Shown in pieces: positions 21,501 to 31,700 of a stretch of DNA of 64,000 bases. The DNA is from a virus, in the IMG/VR virus record IMGVR_UViG_3300045988_079610; one strand, 5' to 3'. How positions within the stretch are numbered: position 1 is the stretch's first letter; each line of letters starts with the position of its first letter. Below the pieces are notes generated by a model. It made no database searches. It saw only the letters and a list, made by a program, of their open reading frames with translations, and had not been told where the DNA came from. A program made the translations under genes and the position numbers.

Positions 21501-22656
21501 TACTGCTAAAGGTGAAGATTTAATGAGATTAGCATTTGGAAATGAATGGGTTGATAGATTTAATGAAGAAGCTAAGACTGATGGAATATTTGAAAGTTTG
21601 TTTCCTAGTAAAATTTATTATGATGATATAAATTGGTATTCTGATAATGGAGTAAGAGGAGCTATAGCTAGAACAAATAGTAGAGGTAATAATAGTACTT
21701 ATGACCATATATTTAGAGATGGACGTAAAACTGTTAGAATACATGGAAAAGGTAATACTGTTGTTGGTTCTAGACTTCTTAATATGCTTGCAAGTAAAGA
21801 TTCTTTTAGAAGAAATACTGGTGCTCGTAAACTTATTCATGAACGTATACATCAAATACTTGCAGAACCTACTATAGAAAAACTTAATGCTTTATCTAGT
21901 ATTGCAGATGTATATAAACAAGTAAAATCTGCTTTAGCTGATGAAGGTAAAGCTATTAAAAGTCTTGATGCTAATGATTCTAAAAATAAAGCTAGAATTG
22001 CATTATATAATGATGTAAAAAATACTCTTTCTTATAAAGATGGAGATATAGCTCTTGAAGAATTTATAGTTGAATCTATGACTAATTCAAGTATTGCTAA
22101 GTTTATGGATAATATTAAAGTTTCTGATGTTGGCGAAGCTAAAGGTGAAACTCTTCTTAGTAAAATTATGAAGTTTATAGCTAAATTCTTTGGATGGAAT
22201 ATTAGTGATGATAGTCTTCTTAGAAAAGAATTTAATATACTTAGCAATCTTGATGGAACTTCTCATAATGAAAATCAAAAAGAAATTATAGAAGAAGTTC
22301 ATAAAGATAATAAAGAAGAAGATGAAGATAATAAGTTAGAAGATGAAAATGAACCGACTAACCCCCCCGTAGAAGAGTCTACAGATACTTCATCTAAAAC
22401 TCCTGAAATAAGAGAAGGAGGTGAACAAATACTTAGTGATTTAAATGATAGTGCTTTCGATGACCTTCTTCTTCCTGAAGATGATTATAGTCTTGAGGCT
22501 AATGTAGAAGAAAGTAATTTAGATTATAAAAATCTTACAGATAATCAAACTCATGTTACTTCTCTTCCTCATTTAATTTATTCTCTTGATGAAAATAATA
22601 GAGCAAATATGCAAAAACTTGTTGATAGCGGATGGGCTTCAATTAAATGTTCTTAA
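15598..22656 (+). CDS. giant virion/ejected protein (2352 aa) with an HExxH zincin-like motif
   Basis: 7-kb ORF with N-terminal hydrophobic segments and an S/T/E/Q-rich linker (nt about 18585-18730). HERIH lies at nt 21838-21852 (H2081), and the C-terminus is acidic. Its position directly upstream of the virion RNAP gene matches other crAss-like phages. Confidence 0.85.
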   Translation: MNTDNVFKNSGYIISNPNYNPKTKKGRSQSPTLHVIGVDDAGGNGAADVFASNVNDMWAMGDTSKYQRYGITPNRISPNLDKELADAQSNWAKAGNALAQTVISEIGLGTALGITDLFDMIGSKIGILDDNYKNPVSEFLEKKQEEFREFAPIYTTPGVDIANGGLTDFGWWMSNMPSIASSLTLLIPSTGITKGLSWLGKATKATSFTRKAIRATSKAIGNKNLYRWANKASTIEKANAMTELGLNAALSRTMENYQEARGVYNDMYAEAVDKLNNLTPQQYQQYIDNNPNIFKDKDGNDKVDTSDRDAVAKFVAKESADRDFLQNYWNIGWDMLQLYGLKNMFRGGKLPELGSSKAKIRRAHKDMMKYADKLKGTNTAEIVEEIKELNKSLPFMTKLGHKIEDYTYGNAMTIGAEASEGAEEAWNYISQMEGMHTGRLLLGTDKPSRWDNRFNDYITSPQLWESAFWGVLGGVVFQNVGGLFKQVGYNISKHAKDKKAAKKAETTGETKLAPEWSLFDDMPDVKRGIESVYARQVNLMNLKEKQELIKSGKNPYDSSKEITKEEAPIYEKMVSDDYIVNLALQSYNNGTFDMTREYFANDNVRKGMVENGVISEEDSHKFQQEVLAKLDKTKEQYEDETVRIDALSGEGDRKENIPMEYIQIAATHNVKTLNNIEDMTARQAALIKEFDDAFAAIPDGKIDKNLPYRQMMDFQVKVSYLNKLEDDKRKLEEQHKIDPNIGTQVSLDNINKRIDNVKKEIAGDFSNERASYTMFALNELLAHKRTQFKEIDANIEKVFHDLENGNAKAFGKYFGNEEYNPDKDTIDSIIQEYKQLGKRYDDVMTNLEQLGTTADSYRNAVMLGEFINEQNSNMIATRKEFDDYMNVLNNTINETRIKAIDEAVNNITSLTDKYDLDIIDKILLANKNGKPIDDLTSDFEEGDKAKINEALSVINFSNQANIGIYEDIKNNIIAKMAQKAIDEGNASAQTKNAVKENSTSNLNPSESTENESSNNQSTETSESSTQEKNKQPANLQQSEEQPQTENQFIKVTDNGVETNETQDTADGRIVQSVDEETGEVIRNILPKDDTEKSQSDYYKNNNLFDYEDGVSLIDNNYKIQAYPALDNDGNLIKGRLVKQTTEGEAKAPTETKEESPSTGGIKQSQDTTSTFDAEQFTHDIQSAFAGHVDYMTSDEDINKVADAIKAKIAEVRPEIKSEYVNAEVDKYVEQLKKAFDKVRQYKGIERAAGNLNVVAQTESFAAKVEETDTTDYSPMFSKAMDVFVQEYAKTLLVPYSEGKQIINMQDILRICQSTYGNDSTQATNLYNLCKAYLLSEDGKKKYIIEDLEEINKDTVVENSFKNPITRQTEFVGGFYSARVDIKSFIDLMNDKDITSDADRKAYFDVMDKLQPGDKVKLYAVNDELIIKGVDSNGKEITIGRMPKPVTIDDGKYVAFNEGWGTDVKIGPNGEVQSELRDLFKSIFLNDGSNKTLDDLRQIIVNASVNGLSNKYIAAFQNNPLIAKLVDYSIKEKDFYKRKVYIDKEGNADYRNMLNHLVKLWRFCNISDAKLNIKNNVTNINVGLNLWFNKMYNSYNNITGVTSNQEVTVSKITEGKMHRKLAFVTDENKSELPHPKEGIKDLSSARIAVVDPQNPTSMIISGKEHISSNGWKAGSTIMAVFNRNGQPDFVKAIGVNFDNNEDNDSITKVGRAIVKEFQRHLNNFFVDGNLNELEIFFNNLIRNKGNVGVVPLLAPKSSIVTVGQQSVHNNKTNTDDHHLQINFYDKANDINRWIRIYNVSFGNTKARKIITSDGFRFDYNNQAKSSSGNPAYTIISMLQSLCNLNIDAEGIKMDNQATSSNTGFITKKDGKIHLDIGDEDGVHEEYDSYNDFLVNNNFIRVNTFIDDNGSNYDRTSDVQGASQNMYIDIPMSTIQTSTSQQTKGSTERIERGTDKDKYDNLKASLESDSTAKGEDLMRLAFGNEWVDRFNEEAKTDGIFESLFPSKIYYDDINWYSDNGVRGAIARTNSRGNNSTYDHIFRDGRKTVRIHGKGNTVVGSRLLNMLASKDSFRRNTGARKLIHERIHQILAEPTIEKLNALSSIADVYKQVKSALADEGKAIKSLDANDSKNKARIALYNDVKNTLSYKDGDIALEEFIVESMTNSSIAKFMDNIKVSDVGEAKGETLLSKIMKFIAKFFGWNISDDSLLRKEFNILSNLDGTSHNENQKEIIEEVHKDNKEEDEDNKLEDENEPTNPPVEESTDTSSKTPEIREGGEQILSDLNDSAFDDLLLPEDDYSLEANVEESNLDYKNLTDNQTHVTSLPHLIYSLDENNRANMQKLVDSGWASIKCS
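19065..19077 (-). repeat. GC-motif copy 5, G-rich on +: TTCTACGGGGGGG (codes PSTGG)
   Basis: Read directly; G7 run at 19071-19077. Confidence 0.95.
22362..22375 (+). repeat. GC-motif copy 6, C-rich on +: (ACTAA)CCCCCCCGTAGAAG(AGT) (codes NPPVEE)
   Basis: Read directly. It is identical over 22 nt to the reverse complement of copy 15. Confidence 0.95.
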
Positions 22657-22659
22657 ATA

Positions 22660-22702
22660 TTAAAGTAGTTATACTGATAGTGTAACTACTTTAATTAGTT
22701 TT
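22660..22702 (+). terminator. intrinsic terminator hairpin
   Basis: TTAAAGTAGTTA (22660-22671) pairs with TAACTACTTTAA (22683-22694), giving a 12-bp stem followed by TTAGTTTT. Confidence 0.7.
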
Positions 22703-22737
22703 GTATATCATTATAATATTAATTTAAATATAAAGAT

Positions 22738-25700
22738 ATGAATACTTGTGTTATTAATTTTACAGAAACTAAAGTAGGTGAAAAACTTAGAACTCTAGTA
22801 GGTAATAATAATGTTGCTTATTGGAATTATGTATCTAAATGTTTCGATGATAATGGTATTAAAGATAGTTTTAAAACATGGTATGAAAAAACATTTAGAA
22901 AAGAATGTAAAACTACAGATAAAGATTTTGCTATTAGAATGATTCGTTATTATAATGAAACTGCTACTAAAGTAGGTAGAAGTCTAAGAAGTGGAGTTAA
23001 TACTTCTAATGTAGGAAAATATAATTATCCTTCTATTCAAGATAGAGAGGAAGGAATTAGACATTCTGTAGGATTTCTTCTTGATGAATTTACCAATATT
23101 CAAAATCAAGGTTTGACTATTAAAGGAAATAAAAGAGAATATTATGCTAACGTTCTTCAAACTCAATTTAAAAAACATATATTTAATTATATTGCTTATC
23201 TTAATAAGATGAGTTATGATGATGTAATAGCAGATTATCAAGAAGCTACTGATAAACATAAATATCTTGAGAAAATGTTTGGTGGTAAAAATATGACTAT
23301 TACTGGTAGAAATCTTCTTGCTGTACATGATGAACTTACTTCATCTACAGAAAGTCTTAATAGTTATTTTAATGAAGTTCTTGGCAATAAAAATTTGCAA
23401 TCTGTTTTACGTCAAATAAATGATGAAAAAGAAGAAGATGATGAAGATAGAAAAGATCAAGAAGAAGCTTCTGATAATGAACAAGATGGAAATTCTGAAT
23501 CTGATACTCACATGAGAGAAGATGAAGGAGATAATTATATAGCTAGTGCTAATAGTCATATGGGTAATTATACTTCATTTATGAAGCATATTGGTGCTAG
23601 AATTACTAATTATTTTAATAGTCTTGATAAACTTTCATCTCCTGTTAGAGGTGGAACAGCAGGTAATTGGACTTATACTGTTGATACTAATAACAATTAT
23701 GGCATTCCTGATAAAATGGATGCTAATGAATGTTCTGCTTTACTTTATAGTCATGCCAGATTTAACAATATTGGAGAAATGATTCAAAGTATTGAAGAAA
23801 TAGGTAATCGTATGCCTGAATTTTATGCTTTTAGTAAATTAGCTCAAGACCTTAGAGATGATGCGGATTTTGCAACTGAAATGAGAACTGTTTTTGCTAA
23901 AACTATTATGGATAAAGTAGAAACTGTTCTTAGTGATAATGAAGGTTCTGTAAGAATATCTAATGAAAGAGCTAATCCTAGAAGTTCTTTGATGTTTGAT
24001 ATGTTAAATGATTGTCGTGGAAGTATTATAGATATTCAACCTGATTTAGTTATTAATAATATTAATAAAATTATTGCAGATATTAGTCAAGGAAATAAAT
24101 CTATTAAATTTGCTAAAGAAAATATTCAAAATTTAAGTGACGAAGATATTGCTAGTTCTAATGATGAAGCTACTAAATATTTAGCAAATACTATTACTAA
24201 TGTTAAATCTTTAATTAAAGCTTATTTTCCTAGTATTCAATCTGAAGCAATTGAAGCTTACATTAACAATGCAAATAGTGCTAATGATATTGCTAGTAAA
24301 TTAGATAATTGCAGAAATCTTATTAATGATATAATAACTCTTGTAAGTAGTGCTGAAAAAGTTCAAGATAATTATTATAATATTCAAGATGAAATAGAAC
24401 GTGGAAGAGAACATAATAGAAATATAGATTCTGAAATAAAAAAAGGTAATTTTGTAAATATAGAAAGAGTTGACATAAGTAGTCTTTATTCTAAAGATTA
24501 TCTTACAGATGATTCTAATGCAGCTGTTAGAAGACTTATGGAAAAACTTCTTCCTTATAGTATTGTAAATATTAGTCTTAATTCTCGTAATGTTTATGGT
24601 AATCAATCATCTGATGTTATTAACAATAGTATGGTTACAAACATTACTAAAATGTTAAGACTTACATATAAAGATGTAAATGGAAATCTTGTAAATGAAA
24701 CTCTTAGTACTTGGGGAAGAAATAAATTTAGAAGTCATCAATATGATTATAGTGGTTATCTTCTTGAAACAAGAGATGATGAAGGTAATATTATAAAAGC
24801 TGGTTTGTTTAAAGATAAAAATGGAACTCTTAGTAATTATGCACAAAATCTTATCAATATAAGTTTGTTTAATGGAACATCAAATATTGATGATGATACT
24901 AATGCAATGTATACAGACCAGACTAAAGGTGATTTTCTTCCTACAGCTTTTATTAATTTCTTTAAAACTCCTAAAGAAGTAGAAGGAGTTAAAACTAAAC
25001 AAGATAATGCTACTTATTTTCTTAGGACACCTAGTGATGCTCCTAAGACTTTTTGTATTCGTGCTCCAAGATATGATACTAAATCATTTTTGACATACGA
25101 AGACGATACTGATAAAATAAATGAAATTGTAAATGGTTATAATAAATATAATGCTGAAAATATTCCAACTGATTTATTTACTCCAGGCATAGGAGTTAGT
25201 GGTATTAAAGAAGACGACCTTATTAAAGGTTTAAAGAATGAAGGAAATCTTCTTATTACTAATGCTCAGTCTATACATTGGATTGATAAAGAAAAAGGTA
25301 TTGCTGCTGTAAACTTTGCTTACAAAACAAATGAGGAATATTACAATAATGATACTATCAATCAAGCTAATGGTAAAAGATATATTTTTGTTGGTACTAT
25401 AGATAAATCAGGTAAAGCTCTTTATCTTAAAGATTATCATTTTGATGGTATTCTTGGAACAGTAAGTACAGATTTTGATGGAAATATTAAAGAAGTTCTT
25501 GAAGGATATTATTCTAAAGAACTTAAACTTCATGATGTAGAAGTTAATGGAAAAGTTTATTCTAAAACTAATCAAATAGTTAATAGAAATGATAAACTAT
25601 TTACTAGATTTAGAAACGAAGCTAAACAAGAACTTCTTGATGCAGCTATAGCTCTTGATTATTATTTTGAAATGACTCCTGATGGTGTTATTAAAACTGA

Positions 25701-28700
25701 ACTAGTTAAAGGTGTTAGAAAACCCGTATTTAAGAAAGATAGAAAGAATAATATTGGATATAAATTTTATCATCTTGGTAATAATGGAACTGTTCTTGAA
25801 GAAATAAAGAAGGGTAGTAAAGTAATTGGGTATAGACTTGGAGGTGCTGTATTTGGTTCTAATAAATTTACTCTTAATGTTCTTGATGAGAATGGTAAAA
25901 TTGTTCATCGTAACTATGTAAATGAAGCTTTATTTCAAGAAGGAGAACAAGAACAAAGTGATAATGGAAAGATTAACATTCTCTACGGGGGGGCTGTAGA
26001 ATCTAATGGTGCTTATGTTGGCACTAATCTTAATATTATTCGTGATGCTGATGGAAATGTATCAGATGTTCAATTAACTGATAAGCAACAAGAAACTCTT
26101 GATAATGCTCTTGAAGAATTTATTCTTGCTTATGCTAATCAAGCTCAAGAAAGATGCGAACCTTATAAAGATTTTATAAAAGGAGTTGAATATAATAAAG
26201 ATAATATTAATAATTTTGCTATTAATGCTCTTCTAAATCATTATAATTATGATTCTATATTTGAAGGTTCTGTATTGTTTTATGGAACTGGTCAGAATGT
26301 GCTCAAACGTGCAAAGGAATATCAAGGTTCTGGAGTTCCTTATGGTTCATCTAATTATTTTGAAGATGATGCAGCTCCTAATACAATAGTAGAACATAGT
26401 TATTTAAATGAAGGATATTATGATGTTGAAAGTACTTCTTTTGAAACTATAGATGGTAAAAGAGTTAAGAAAACAATTAAAACTTCTACTAAGATTCAAG
26501 ATATATTTAAAGGAACTATTTTTGATGGAGTTCAACAAACAACTAAATTTAGAGCCATAACAGTAGCTAATACTAAACGTACATCTGATGCTGCTGCACA
26601 AAATGGTCCTCTTGCTAAATATCTTGCTAAAATATATGAAGCTGCTCATATAGATAAAGATAAAGCTTTAGTTATGAGTAATGAACTCATGTCAGGTTTT
26701 GGCGGTACTAAAGTTAATGATGCTCAATCTTATATTACAATTCAAGAATGGGTTCGTCGTATTGCTGCTAGAGGACAACTTAGAAAATATATGCCTTTAA
26801 TTCAAAAACTTATTAAAGGTGATGAACTTAGTACTGCTGATGTTAAAGAATTTGTTCAAGTTCAAAAGAATTTCTATTATGATATTCATTATGATAATAA
26901 ATATAAAATAGAAGTTCCTCGTCAAATTAAGAATGCTGAATTTGTTCTTATTCCTCAATTTATTAAAGGTACAGAACTTGAAGCTGTTTATAATATGATG
27001 ATAGCTGCTAAAATTGATCAGCTTAATACTGTTGAAACATCTAAAGCTGCTAATGAAGAAATTCTTACTCTTTGGGATAATGATGGAAGACTTAGCGGAC
27101 TTCTCGAAGATGATGGTACTATTAATGAAAATGGTAAATTTAAGCAATTTGTGGATAAAGCTAATGAAATTGCTACAGGTAATGAATATCTTTATAAGTA
27201 TCTTTATACTCAGCAAGAAACTCCTCAGCATGTTAATGCTCAAAATAAATTTGGTATTCAAATTGCTAAAAAAATTATAGATAACATTCAAGTTCTTAGT
27301 GAGGATGAAAAGAAAACTGCTAGTGCAGATAAAATAGCTCTTAGTAATCTTAAAGAACGTTATATGAAACTTACTGCTGCAAATGTAAGAGATTCATTTA
27401 ATAATCTTATGGAAGAACTTGAAGTTCAACTTGATGATGAAGGAAATATTATTGTTGATGAACATGATAATATAAATAATATTAATAAGAAAATATTCTA
27501 TGATAAATTAAAAGAAGAACTTCTTAGAACTGGTGCTGATAGTAATCTTATGGATTATGTTACTCTTGAAAATGGAGAACCTAGAATGAAAGCTATAACA
27601 GTTGATAAGATTACTAAATTTGAATCTGTAGTTCAAAGTGTATTTAATAATAGAATTACTAGACAAAAACTTCCTGGTTTTCATGCTGCTCAGGTTACTA
27701 ATATGGGCTTTAAAAAATTAGGTGAAGTTACTGGTGTTAATAATGTTTCTTATGATAAAGATCTTCAATATCATCCAAATAATAAAGGATATATTGAAGT
27801 TCGTCTTTCTTATTCTGCTTTTGGTATAGATAGAACTAAACCTTTCTATAAAGAACTTAGAGCTAAATGTGCTAATGAAGCAGAATTTCAAGATGCTGTT
27901 CTTAAAGATTTAAGAGAAAAAGGTCTTGATATTATTATGGGTTATCGTATTCCTACTGAAGGTAAACAATCAGTATGTAATATGAAAGTAGTTAGTTTCC
28001 TTGATGATGCTCAAGGTTCAACTATTGTTGTGCCTGATGATTGGGTATCTCAAACTGGTTCTGACTTTGATATTGATTCTGTATATGGCATTCAACAAAA
28101 AACTAGAACTACAAGTACAGGTGAAATTAAACCTATAGAGTTTATAGAAGGACAAAATGTTACTATTGGAGATTATGCTAATTATCTTAGAGAATTTGCA
28201 AATAATGTAGATTCTGATTCAGAAGGAACTAAATTAGGTAATCGTAAAAAAGCTGTAAGAGAAGCTATTAATAGTATATTTGATTCTTCTAGAGCTAAAG
28301 TTAAAGGAGTATTTGATGAAGCCATCAGCATAAGGAATGAGCAACAAGAAACTTATCAAAATGCTTCTGACTATCAAAATGAAGCTTTTGAAAACTTTAA
28401 AGCTAAAGGTCCTTTTGATGGAAAGAATTTAACTATGGTTATTAATACTATTAGAAATAATCAAATAGTTGCTGCTAAAAAAGTAGAAGATAATGGAGGT
28501 AATAAAACTGAGCAATATATTGCTAAACTAGAAGCTACAAGTAATATATTAAAAGCTATTTACAAGAAAGTAAAACTTGATATTAATAAGTCAGAATCTG
28601 CTAAAGCTTTAATTGAAGCTAATAATGAACTTATTAAAGTACTTAAAGATAATTCTGTAAATAATGATAATGCTACTAATGAGCAACTTACTGAAATATA

Positions 28701-31700
28701 TGCTGACAAACAAAATGAATTAGAGGATATTGCTAAAAATAATAATCTTTATTCATTTGATGAATTTAAAGAAGCTGCTATTAATCATCCTGAAGATGTT
28801 AATTCTAGAGATGCTAGAACTAATGAAATCTTTAGATGTATGAGAGATATTCTTGCAAATCCTCTTAGTCTTGAAGAAAATCTTTCTCGTTCTAATTTTG
28901 ATGACATTACAGATGCACTTAATGATTATATGAATCCTAATGTTAAAGATGAACGTATTAATCGTAGTGCTTATAATCCTTTTGACCAAATGAGTTATCA
29001 AGAAGAAGCTATGAGTGGTGCTAAACTTAAAGCTTTCTCTGTTACACTCGATACATTCTGTTCTGTATGCAACACTGTTAGACCGATTCTGTCTAAGCCA
29101 ATTTACGTGGTCTATGACAAGTCAGACTACCAAGACCCTACAATTATTCAGAAACGTTTCAACGATACAAAGGAGAAGAATTTAAAATCTTCAAAAACTT
29201 TTCAAGTTCGTCATACAACTTATGGATGGAGTAATGATAATCGTTGTGCAGCAGGTAAAATACTTACTTCATATAGTTCTCAAACTACTGCTTATATTCT
29301 TGATGCAATTAAGAGTGGTGCTATACCTAATGTAAATGATTATACATTTGCTGTATTTAAAACTCTTGCTAATATTGGATGTGATTATAAAACATCTATT
29401 AGTTATATTATGCAACCTGGAGTTACTGAAATAGTTAATGCTTATAACGCAAATCATTCTGTATTCAGTGATTATCAAGGTGGTAATCCTATTAATGATG
29501 CTATTAAAAATATAGCTAAAAAAATGGGATATAAAGTGACTAATAGAACTTCTGTTAAAGAACTTCTTAAAAAGATTGATGAAGATTATCATAAAGAATT
29601 TAATAAGATATTTGCTCAAAAAGGAGAAGAAATAACCATTAGTACAAATTATGATGATATTATTAATCTTCCTATTCTTGTAGGTAAGAATGTCACTAGA
29701 CTTAAAGGAGAAGGTGAGTTTAAGAACCCCCCCGTAGGAGATATTACAACTAACCTTTTTGATCTTGGTGTAGTATTATCTTTTGGAAAGATTTATACTT
29801 CTGCTAAAGAAATAGGTGATATAGCTAGATGTTGTAATCCTGATAAATTTGGAGCTAAACAAGATGTTTATACTACAAATAAGATTTTTGATGATGCTGT
29901 TGAAATGATTCAAAAGCATTCTGAGCAAGAACCTGATAAGCCTTATAATAGACCAGCCCTTGTTGTAAATAAAAACGGAAAAGATATTCATATTCTTGAA
30001 AGTATTTATCCTGGTCTTACAAATGTAAGTCAAGATAGTAATGCTCATGGTATAATTACTGAAAATAGAATTGCTGAATCTTCTTATCCTAATCTTTATA
30101 GTTATTTAAAATATGCTTCTGCTACAAGTACTGTAGTAGCTAAAGCTGTATTGCCTACACAAAATCTTGGTTTTGTAAATCTTCTTAAAGGATTTACTCA
30201 TAAACTTAATGGTTGGAATGTTAAGCTTACTCCTAAAGCATATAAAGAACTTCAATCTTATGCTCTTGGTCATTTTTATAATCAATGTGAATTTGTTCAA
30301 TATCCTATTGATTATTCTATAGATGAAAATGGTCAAATGAATGTTCATCTTAGTGAAAATAGAACTGATGGAGATTTTGAAGCTGAACGTCAAAGAATAT
30401 ATGGTTATAATCAAAATACTTCTTTGACTATTAGACATACAGTTGAAGAGGATATGTATAAGAAAATAGATAGTAAACATACTTATATTACTCCTGAAGA
30501 ATATAATGGATTGTCTTCTGAACTTAAAGCTAATTATGAATTAACCAAAGTTAAAGCTAAAGATGATGTTCCTTTTGAGGTTAAAGATATAAACAATACA
30601 ACTAATGAAGAAATTAAAGAATTTGCTAAATTTAGTCCTGCTCAAAAAGTTGCTTGGATAAAGAAGAATTTTGACGATAGTGGTATATTTAGTAAACTTC
30701 AAGTTTCTCTTTATAATCCAGCTAGTAGAGGTTATAGAGTCGGAAGTCAGACTATAGAATATATTGAAGATAATGCTAATCCTAATATTGCTTATCAAGA
30801 ATTTTATAATGCTTTCTTTGATAATAATCCTCTTGTTGCTATTACAGCTTATGATTTAATAAAATATGCTGCTACTGTTGAAGGATTTAAAATGTCTCAA
30901 AGAGCTATTACTAAAATTATTGATAATAAAACTTTGATTGGAGAATTTGGTACTAATGGTACTGGTTTCCAAGATGCAGTTCTTAATAGAATTAATGATT
31001 TGGAAATGGCTAATAATCCAATGACTGCTAATGATGCAGATAATAAATTCTATGAAGAATATCTTAGAAGTCATCCTAATACTGAAGGTATTAAAACTTA
31101 TTCTGTAAATAAAAAGAATAATGAAAAATATCATCTTAATAATACGTATGCTGATATTGTTACAATAACTATTGATAAAACTCTTGAAAATGAAAGTAAA
31201 GAAAAAGCTAAAGATGAATTTGAAGAAAGACTTGAAAAAGTAGGATTTATTACTAGAAATAGTAATGATAATACTTTTAAAGATAATCAATATGTTAGAT
31301 TTAAGAGTAAGGCTAGAGGTATTGAAATTTATAAAATTGAAAAAATAGATGATAATGAATATATAGCTTATCCTCTTAATAAACTTAATATTAATGAGCA
31401 TGGTACTTGGTCTGCTAATGAGGATTATAATATACATCCTCGTAGTGAAACATATCAATATATTATTGCTCAATATAAAACAGATAAAGAAAATGCTAAA
31501 TTAGATAAAGATTATATAAAAGAACAGATTAATGATTATAGAGAGAATGAAGGTAATCCTTATTATAATCAAAGAAATAAGAATTATAACATTCCTGCTT
31601 TAGATTTTAATCTTGAACAGCTTGCTACTGAAGATGATGGTAATGCAGCTTCTATTATTAGACAAAATATTATTAAACATTTTAGTTCTCTTGATAAGTA

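Noticed and set aside
9621-29740. Idea that inversion between paired motif copies generates alternative protein variants (shufflon-like).
   Set aside because: The reverse complements of the enclosed segments contain only short ORFs (84 aa or less between 9621 and 11395, for example), so an inverted segment would truncate the protein. Inversion, if it occurs, would not yield alternative coding sequences.
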